Source: a bacterium (GTDB lineage Bacteria > Zhuqueibacterota > Zhuqueibacteria > Residuimicrobiales > Krinioviventaceae). From it: a stretch of 64,000 nt of DNA. The stretch is from the NCBI GenBank assembly GCA_963675755.2, contig CAXXMD010000003.1, positions 64,001 to 128,000 on the forward strand. Direction: 5' to 3'. The notes beneath the pieces are model-generated. The model worked only from the letters and a program-made list of their open reading frames with translations, did no database searches and was not told where the DNA came from. Made by a program: the position numbers and the translations under genes. Below, in pieces: positions 52,072-59,276 of the stretch; position 1 is the first letter of the stretch, and each line of letters starts with the position of its first letter.

Positions 52072-53070
52072 TCAAACCATCGGTCGTTTAAAGTATTCAA
52101 CTTTACCATCCGCCAGATCTGCAACCTGAGCAATCAAATCATTGCGTTGAGTTTCGCTCAAACTGACAAAAGACTTGGCCAGTCCGATTTTCTCCTTTAC
52201 CAGCTCTGCATTTTCAGCGCCGGTTATCAATACACTCACCGGTAACGACCATACAAAATTCAACGCCGACTGGATACTCATCCTGTCCGGCACAACCGGA
52301 GTCTCTGTTTCCCACTGAGTGTCTCCAAGCTTTTCTTTTTTCGCAAAGAACCTGCCATCCGCCAGGGTCTTCATAGCCAACAGGGATATATTCTGTTTTT
52401 GTAATTCGGGTACGACTTGACGAATAAAACTGTGGTAACTGGGATCAATTACATTAACGGGCATCTGCGCGGTGGTGAACACGTTCATTCCTTTGGTACG
52501 TTCCAGCATACGCAGGTGAGCTTCAGGATTACTGTGTCCTGTAAATCCTATATGGCGCACTTTGCCTTGTTCTTTGGCTTTGATAAATACATCCAGCACA
52601 CCATTCTCAATACGTGTATCCACATCCTCCGGATCGCGCAGCGAATGGATCTGCCACAAGTCCAGATAATCCGTGTTTAACCGTTTTAACGAAGCATCCA
52701 GATGCGCCTGCACGGTTTCCGCATCTTTGCCGGTGGTTTTGGTCATGATAAATGATATATCGCGATATTGGGGAGTAAGATACTTGCCGTATCGTTCTTC
52801 ACTGGTATGCGGTCCGTAGGATTCCGCCGAATCAAAAAACCGGATGCCGCCTTCAAGCGCGGCTTCAATTGTTTCCTGCGCGTCCCGTTCGGTTGTCCAC
52901 CCCACATGGTAACCGCCAAGCCCCAGCATGGTCACCTTTTCATTGGTGCCCAGTAATCGCTGGGGCAACAGAGCTCCCAACCTGTCTTTTGTCTGCAATT
53001 CTGTTGCACATCCTACCAGAATGGCAGAGGTTGCCAGCGACATATTTTTGATAAATTCTCTTCTTTTCAT
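52072..53070 (-). CDS. Aldo/keto reductase, Tat lipoprotein
   Basis: GGAGG RBS; KRREFIK...LVGC; LGLGG, FFDSA..YG..SE, MTK, SL.RL.TDYLDLWQIH, G.VR.IGFTGH, AMKTL. Confidence 0.9.
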   Translation of the reverse strand: MKRREFIKNMSLATSAILVGCATELQTKDRLGALLPQRLLGTNEKVTMLGLGGYHVGWTTERDAQETIEAALEGGIRFFDSAESYGPHTSEERYGKYLTPQYRDISFIMTKTTGKDAETVQAHLDASLKRLNTDYLDLWQIHSLRDPEDVDTRIENGVLDVFIKAKEQGKVRHIGFTGHSNPEAHLRMLERTKGMNVFTTAQMPVNVIDPSYHSFIRQVVPELQKQNISLLAMKTLADGRFFAKKEKLGDTQWETETPVVPDRMSIQSALNFVWSLPVSVLITGAENAELVKEKIGLAKSFVSLSETQRNDLIAQVADLADGKVEYFKRPMV

Positions 53071-53342
53071 GGTTACCTCCTTGTTGACAAATCTATTACT
53101 TCTGAATCGCCAAATCTCAATATATTCAACCACGAATGTATGAAAATTATTCTAACGGAATCTTTTTAACGGGAAATACACCAAATGCATGGCAAAAGAC
53201 AATACGTGTCTAAACTATTTTCTCCGTGTATTATGTGTTCAAAAACTATTAAACCACGAAGGAAAGAAGAACTCGAAGAAAATTTAACTATCCATTCCGA
53301 AATTAATACTATTAATCACAAGCCTGACAAGTGAATTCATCT

Positions 53343-54017
53343 TTAAAACCGGTAACTCAACAAATCCATTTTAACACCCGGTTTGCCGCAGGAATCCTGG
53401 AAATAGCCCACTTGCCCTATAGATACATTTTTATCCGACTTGACGGGGCCTAAATTATAGGATAATATCGAAAAAGCAGGTGGTAAGACATATGTTAAAA
53501 CAACTCCCAAATTAGAATCAGAGGTTTCCAATGCTACCATCGCAATACCCGTCCCCAAAACAGAACCGCCCAATGCCCACAGAAAAGACCGGTCTTTTTT
53601 TGCTATCACTCCTGTAACATGTACGCCACCCGCTATTCCCAACGCGTAACCTGCAAAAACCGTAAGAAACAATCCTCCCACATCTGTATCCCGATTATTG
53701 ACAAACTGATTGCCATCAATTGCCAATCCCGCTGCCACACCCAGGGCTCCCCCCAATTCTGCCAGAATTAACTGCACCACGTAATAATCGGTCTCATATA
53801 CAGGATGCTTCATATCAGATAATCGCAAAGCATTCATTGAAATACCCGGTTCTGAATTATACCGAAAGGTATTCATACAAAAGTCATTCTGAGAAGCATT
53901 GGATCGGGGGAAAAGTTGATGTCCAGATGAATTGTGCTGTACTTGTGCAGAAACTAACGAGCTGAACATAAACAGCAACGCCAATATTACTTTAACAAAA
54001 ACAATTTCTTTTCTCAT
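53343..54017 (-). CDS. Array paralog P1: exported glycine-zipper protein with C-terminal ...KMDLLSYRF
   Basis: Signal peptide; QLILAELGG, GYALG..GVH..G, SF..AL.GS..G, LPP..S...YN, GQVGYFQDSCGKPGVKMDLLSYRF. Confidence 0.8.
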   Translation of the reverse strand: MRKEIVFVKVILALLFMFSSLVSAQVQHNSSGHQLFPRSNASQNDFCMNTFRYNSEPGISMNALRLSDMKHPVYETDYYVVQLILAELGGALGVAAGLAIDGNQFVNNRDTDVGGLFLTVFAGYALGIAGGVHVTGVIAKKDRSFLWALGGSVLGTGIAMVALETSDSNLGVVLTYVLPPAFSILSYNLGPVKSDKNVSIGQVGYFQDSCGKPGVKMDLLSYRF

Positions 54018-54040
54018 AACTTTTTCCCTCACAAATCACA

Positions 54041-54736
54041 TTAAAACCGATAGCTCAACAAATCCATTTTAACACCAAGGCCGCCGCAGGCATCCTGATA
54101 ATAGCCTAGCTGTCCTACAGAGATTTCAGGAGAATAATCAGTCCCGTTCAACTCTTTGTGATCTTGGGGTTTTGCTTTTTTATTATACATCGCCATTGAA
54201 CAAATCGGTGGCAACAAAAAACCAGCTGTGATACTCAAAGTTGAATTACCGGGATTTGAATCAGTTTCCAATGCTAAAACACCAATTGCTATTGCTGTTC
54301 CTAATAGAGACCCCAACAATGCACGCTTGTAAGATCCGTTTTGCCCAAATGCTTCACCTATACCATATGATCCCAATGAAACTCCCATAGCAAACCCTGC
54401 ATAAGTAGACAGCACTCCTCCGGCCATCGAACCGTCAAGAATATTAAAACCTATTAATGCTCCTGCAAATAAACCCAAACAACCCGAAACTTCAGCTATA
54501 ATAAATTGTCCAGCCAAATAATAACCATCATAAATATCTGTATTTGTTGCTACAGCAGATTCACGATCATTTAATCGCGGAGATTGATATTGACACAGAT
54601 TTACCGACCTCTCGCCCTGGTAATTGTATGGCACCAACCGGGGAGTGTTATCGGATTTGCTTTCGGGTTCCTGTGCGAAAACCGTAGAAGAGAATACCAT
54701 GCAGATAGTGACAAGAAACAAAAAGCTGTTTTTCAA
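54041..54736 (-). CDS. Array paralog P2
   Basis: AAGGAG RBS + TTG; signal, QEPESKSDNTPRLVPYNYQG, same core motifs, EISVGQLGYYQDACGGLGVKMDLLSYRF. Confidence 0.82.
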   Translation of the reverse strand: MKNSFLFLVTICMVFSSTVFAQEPESKSDNTPRLVPYNYQGERSVNLCQYQSPRLNDRESAVATNTDIYDGYYLAGQFIIAEVSGCLGLFAGALIGFNILDGSMAGGVLSTYAGFAMGVSLGSYGIGEAFGQNGSYKRALLGSLLGTAIAIGVLALETDSNPGNSTLSITAGFLLPPICSMAMYNKKAKPQDHKELNGTDYSPEISVGQLGYYQDACGGLGVKMDLLSYRF

Positions 54737-54973
54737 AATATGTCTCCTTGATAAAATTATAGCCCAAACAGGATTTTCCCCATGCGTTTTAAATTAAATT
54801 TTTTAGAGGTAATGTATGTATGTACGAATGGATATACTCAATGTTCCATTTTGAAACCGCGCAAATCCTGCTAAAGACCGGGAGCGTTTGTAAGAGTTCA
54901 GCACTAAAAAAATCAAACATTCAATCCTATCATCCTTAAATCCGATAAATCATAATTCAGACAGATAACCCGA

Positions 54974-55681
54974 TCAAAACCGGTAACTTAACAAATCCAA
55001 TTTAATGCCAGGGCCGCCGCATGCATCCTGATAATATCCGAGCTGCCCGACAGAGATTTCAGGTGAAAAACCAGTCTCTTTGAATCTATTGGGATATTTG
55101 GATTTAAATTTTCTGTTATAATTTATCATGGAACAGATTGTGGGCATAAGAAGCAATGCTGGACCTGTAAATACCGGAGTCTTGCTGTCTTTTTCTATTG
55201 CTGCTATGGTCATTCCTATACATGCCCCAAATAAAGAACCTTCAAGTGCTCGCCAATATGTACCATTTTGTACCTGTTTATAACCTGTTCCGTGTACTCC
55301 AAAAGCAACCCCTAATGTATACGACGTATACCCTATAACGATTGCAGCAGCAAGTCCATCCCATCCTTCTCTCCTGAACAAAGCTGGCCCCACGAGTACA
55401 CCGGTTGTCATCCCAAGCCCACCTATAAACTCTGCCATTAAAAATTGTTTAACAAAATATCCGAACGTAGCGCCTTGACCGGTTTCTGATAAAGGTTCGA
55501 CAGAACCCTGTAAATTCAATGGATCGGGATAACACCAATACAAGTTGACAGTACTTTTACCCTGAAAATTATAGGGAACAAGCCGGGGAGCATAATCAGA
55601 TTTGCTTTCGGGTTCCTGTGCAAAAACAGTAGAAGAGAATACCGTGCAGATAGTGACAAGAATCAAAAAGCTTTTTTTCAA
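54974..55681 (-). CDS. Array paralog P3
   Basis: AAGGAG RBS + TTG at 55681; QEPESKSDYAPRLVPYNFQG; ends QDACGGPGIKLDLLSYRF. Confidence 0.82.
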   Translation of the reverse strand: MKKSFLILVTICTVFSSTVFAQEPESKSDYAPRLVPYNFQGKSTVNLYWCYPDPLNLQGSVEPLSETGQGATFGYFVKQFLMAEFIGGLGMTTGVLVGPALFRREGWDGLAAAIVIGYTSYTLGVAFGVHGTGYKQVQNGTYWRALEGSLFGACIGMTIAAIEKDSKTPVFTGPALLLMPTICSMINYNRKFKSKYPNRFKETGFSPEISVGQLGYYQDACGGPGIKLDLLSYRF

Positions 55682-55835
55682 AATATGTCTCCTTGATAAA
55701 ATTATAGCCCAAACAGGATTTTTCCCCATGCGTTTTAAATTAAATTTTTTAGCGGTAATGTATGTATGTACGAATGGATATACTCAATGTTCCATTTTGA
55801 AACCGCGCAAATCCTACCGAGGGCTGGGAGACAGA

Positions 55836-56564
55836 TTAGAACCTGCAACTCAACAAATACATTTTAACACCGAGGCCGCCGCAGGCATCCTGATAATAGC
55901 CAAGCTGCCCCACAGAGATTTCAGGAGAATAATCAGTTTCTTTGAATCTATTGGGATATTTGGGCTCAAGTTTCATGTTATACGCTGCCATAGAACAAAT
56001 CGTCGGTAGAAAAACTATAGATGCAAATATAATATTGGTTTCCTTTCGATTATAATTGTCAAATGGCCTAAATGATTCAGAATGTGCAGCAATGATCCCC
56101 AAACCCATTCCTGCTGTCGCCCCAATCAACGACCATTCGTACGAGCCCTTCTTTTTTGCTTTTCTGCCCATTCTGAAAACACCGTTGGCAACCCCAAAGG
56201 AATAACTTGCATATATAATATACAATCCTGTATCAATAGCGTGCTCCTCATCGGCTGCTCCAATCAAAGCTACACCCAAAGTACCCGCCAGAATCCACAT
56301 GAATCCGCTTGTTTCAGCCACAACAAACTGCAATATATAATAATCAAGAGGAGAAATTGTTTCCCAGGATACGGAATTCTGTTCAATTCTGTAAAAATCC
56401 GGCAAATCCGTAATATCTTTGTATAAATTAAAGGTGTTTTTTCCCTGGTAATTGTACGGAACCAGCCGGGGAGTATTATCTGATTTGCTTTCGGGTTCCT
56501 GTGTGTAAACCGTTGAAAAGAATGCCATAAAGATACTGACAAGAAACAAAAAGCTATTTTTCAA
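55836..56564 (-). CDS. Array paralog P4
   Basis: AAGGAG RBS + TTG; QEPESKSDNTPRLVPYNYQG; ends QDACGGLGVKMYLLSCRF. Confidence 0.82.
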   Translation of the reverse strand: MKNSFLFLVSIFMAFFSTVYTQEPESKSDNTPRLVPYNYQGKNTFNLYKDITDLPDFYRIEQNSVSWETISPLDYYILQFVVAETSGFMWILAGTLGVALIGAADEEHAIDTGLYIIYASYSFGVANGVFRMGRKAKKKGSYEWSLIGATAGMGLGIIAAHSESFRPFDNYNRKETNIIFASIVFLPTICSMAAYNMKLEPKYPNRFKETDYSPEISVGQLGYYQDACGGLGVKMYLLSCRF

Positions 56565-56798
56565 AATATGTCTCCTTGATAGAATTATCCTGGCAGGAAC
56601 AAGCCCCTTTGCGATTTAAATTCATTTTTTAGCAATATTGTATGTATGTACTATTGTACCAGCCCGATGTTCCATTTTGAAACCGTGCAAGTCCTGCTAA
56701 AGGCCGGGAGCGTTTGTAAGAGTTCAGCACTAAAAAAAACAGCATTCAAACCTTTCATTCTTAAATCCTATGAATCATAATTCAGACAGGAAACCCGA

Positions 56799-57494
56799 TC
56801 AAAACCTGCAACTCAACAAATCCATTTTAATACCGAGGCCGCCGCAGGCATCCTGATAATAGCCAAGCTGTCCTGTAGATATTTCTGGTCCATGGGATTT
56901 AGAGTTGCCTTTATTATACAATATCATTGAAAGCGGAATCGGCAGTAGAAACGTCAATGCCGCCCCCACATTAGCGACTTCTGAACCTTGTCCCGCAATA
57001 ATGGCGCCCAGCCCAATACTGGTTCCAATTGCAGATCCCATCAAAGCCTGTAAAAACGGCAAGTCCTTATTATTGATGATACCAACCACATGCACACCTG
57101 TTGCAACTCCCAGAGCATATCCCGCATAAGCAAATCCAACCAGTTTTACAAAATCACTGCCCTCTTCATCATCACTGAATTCAACCCCGCTAAAGTTCAC
57201 TCCTGCTGCTGTCCCCAACGCTCCTCCCAATCCTGCCATTAAAAACTGTGATATTAAATACCCGCCTTCTGGTTTATTTTTTTTATTTAGGGATGTATTA
57301 TCAGCATTTCTGAACAAACTCGAATTCGCATGATAGCGGTTCAAATCCACTCCCATATCCTTTTGCTGAATATAGGGAATAATTCGGGCTGCATTTTCAA
57401 ATGTAATGCCTAAACCCGGGTCGGTCGCATACACTGCCTGCGTAAATAAAAGACAAACCATTAACACACTGCCAAAGCCAAATATCTTTTTCAT
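56799..57494 (-). CDS. Array paralog P5
   Basis: Signal peptide; QFLMA, GYALGVATGVH; ends QDACGGLGIKMDLLSCRF. Confidence 0.82.
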   Translation of the reverse strand: MKKIFGFGSVLMVCLLFTQAVYATDPGLGITFENAARIIPYIQQKDMGVDLNRYHANSSLFRNADNTSLNKKNKPEGGYLISQFLMAGLGGALGTAAGVNFSGVEFSDDEEGSDFVKLVGFAYAGYALGVATGVHVVGIINNKDLPFLQALMGSAIGTSIGLGAIIAGQGSEVANVGAALTFLLPIPLSMILYNKGNSKSHGPEISTGQLGYYQDACGGLGIKMDLLSCRF

Positions 57495-57581
57495 TCAAGC
57501 ACCCCATTTCTGTTTATAAACCCGGATTTATCCCCGGGAACCTAAAAAAAATCTATACCGATTACAAAGCAATTCCGACTA

Positions 57582-58295
57582 TTAAAATCTACAGCTCAAT
57601 AAATCCATTTTAACGCCTGGGCCGCCGCATGCATCCAGATAGCATCCAAACTGACCGGCAGATATTTCCACAGAGCGGGTATTATTCGCACTTGCAGAAT
57701 CCCGTTTATTATAAAGTATTATGGAACATACCGGCGGCAGTAAAACAAGAGACGAAAGACTAATTACAGCCTGGGGCTTGTTATTATCCAATTGAGAGGT
57801 AATGGCTATTGCCAATCCTACTCCAATAAAAGATCCTTTTAGCGCCTTACCAAAAGAACCGGAGACATTTGCATAACTCCCAACCTTGTGAACACCAAAA
57901 GCCGAACCCAATGCATACCCGGCATAAGCACCGATCACGACAAATTCAATTCCATCCATATCTTCACTTTGACTATCCACAAAAGGTATGCCGCAAATCC
58001 CCCCAACAAAGGACAGGATTATACCATTAATCTCTGCAGATACAAATTGCTTGATATGCAATTTGGAATTTATATTTTTTTGTTCATTTTGATTTATGTC
58101 AGATAACGCAATTCCGGAATACTGTCCTGTGCTCATACGAAAAGCCGATAGGTTATCCCCGCTGTAATGTAAAGACACAGGGAACGATTTTACATGGGTC
58201 TGGTTAGAATTGTGCTGACCGGCAAGGATTTTTGTGGCAGACAACAGCGCCAAAATTAATAGTAACTCTAAATGTATTAATCGAAATTTCAACAT
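57582..58295 (-). CDS. Array paralog P6
   Basis: Signal peptide; QFVSAE, GYALGSAFGVH, GSF.KAL.GS, LLPPVCS...YN; ends LDACGGPGVKMDLLSCRF. Confidence 0.8.
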   Translation of the reverse strand: MLKFRLIHLELLLILALLSATKILAGQHNSNQTHVKSFPVSLHYSGDNLSAFRMSTGQYSGIALSDINQNEQKNINSKLHIKQFVSAEINGIILSFVGGICGIPFVDSQSEDMDGIEFVVIGAYAGYALGSAFGVHKVGSYANVSGSFGKALKGSFIGVGLAIAITSQLDNNKPQAVISLSSLVLLPPVCSIILYNKRDSASANNTRSVEISAGQFGCYLDACGGPGVKMDLLSCRF

Positions 58296-58336
58296 CTCCC
58301 CTCTCAAATATTAATAATCGCAATAGATAATCCGCT

Positions 58337-59092
58337 TTAAAATCGCCAGCTAAAAACATTCACAATAACAGTATTCCCCCTCTTTTCATCATGAGAATAG
58401 TTGAACGCATTCATGGACAATCCTACATTTCCGCCATCAATGCTCACAACAGAATTCAGATCATTCATATGACTGGTAATATTATAACTTGCGATAGCGC
58501 CAATGGTTGGCAAAAAAAGAGTCAAAACCGAAATACTTTTATCATCATTAAATTCTTCATCACTTTCATCATAAGCATTTTCAACCATTAATCCCACCCC
58601 TGTTCCAATTAGCGCACTGGTCAACGTCCACCAAAAAGAGCCGTATCTATTCGCTTTTTCACCAACCCGATACACACCATCCACAACGCCATATGTATAA
58701 CTAGCAGATACAACATAATATCCGGTTTCAGACATATCCCAGTCATTCCCCACGTGAACAGCATATACAACCAGGGCACTTGTAAGCAGGCATATAAGCC
58801 CTTCGGTTTCTGCCATTAGAAACTGTAAACCATAATATTGTATAGAATTAAATACACTTAGATCATGAGCTCTATATCCATCTGTTACTGAATTATAAAC
58901 CAGAAAATCCAGATCCAATGCCTCTTTCCCCTGGTAATTAAAAGGAACCAAAACCGGACTATCGTCTAGTGTATTAAATTGACTGGTCATTTCTGTTGTT
59001 TTTTTATTCCTCTGTAAAAGGTTTTGCGGAAAAACGGTTGAACAAAAAATCAGTGCTAATAAAATCCCGGCCCGTAGTGATCTGAGATACAT
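58337..59092 (-). CDS. Array paralog P7 (most divergent tail)
   Basis: Signal peptide; PVLVPFNYQG, QFLMAE, SYTYGV..GV..VG, GSFWW.L, FLP.I.....YN; ends VIVNVFSWRF. Confidence 0.78.
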   Translation of the reverse strand: MYLRSLRAGILLALIFCSTVFPQNLLQRNKKTTEMTSQFNTLDDSPVLVPFNYQGKEALDLDFLVYNSVTDGYRAHDLSVFNSIQYYGLQFLMAETEGLICLLTSALVVYAVHVGNDWDMSETGYYVVSASYTYGVVDGVYRVGEKANRYGSFWWTLTSALIGTGVGLMVENAYDESDEEFNDDKSISVLTLFLPTIGAIASYNITSHMNDLNSVVSIDGGNVGLSMNAFNYSHDEKRGNTVIVNVFSWRF

Positions 59093-59213
59093 TCATATCC
59101 CCCAATTTATGACAGCCGGTCCGGATTAATAAATCTGCAGATAAAAATCGCGGTACATTATAGGGAACCAACTATCAGGATAAAAAGCTGTCTATTGATT
59201 ATTATCGTTTAAC

Positions 59214-59248
59214 TACCCGCTTTAAGGCCAAGTTCCTTCAAGCGGGTA
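59214..59248. terminator. Hairpin downstream of GH106-like gene
   Basis: tacccgctt...aagcgggta stem. Confidence 0.55.
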
Positions 59249-59276
59249 ATTTTTCAAATCGAACAGCCAGCGATGT

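Noticed and set aside
48910-52133. Short similar ORFs (…LRPKFDLGRN.CAKLCFAN…) at 48910, 51421, 51795, 46824 and reverse ORFs 45029, 51927
   Set aside because: They are translations of the palindromic family A/B repeats, with no RBS and variable starts and stops
54855-54895. c-di-GMP-I riboswitch-like gcaaa..hairpin in array spacers
   Set aside because: On the non-coding strand for the array genes and lacks the GNRA loop, GACGCAAAGC-like junction and second stem
53343-59092. Diversity-generating retroelement acting on the shared 3' ends
   Set aside because: No reverse transcriptase; the 3' ends are the conserved part and differences are not confined to adenines
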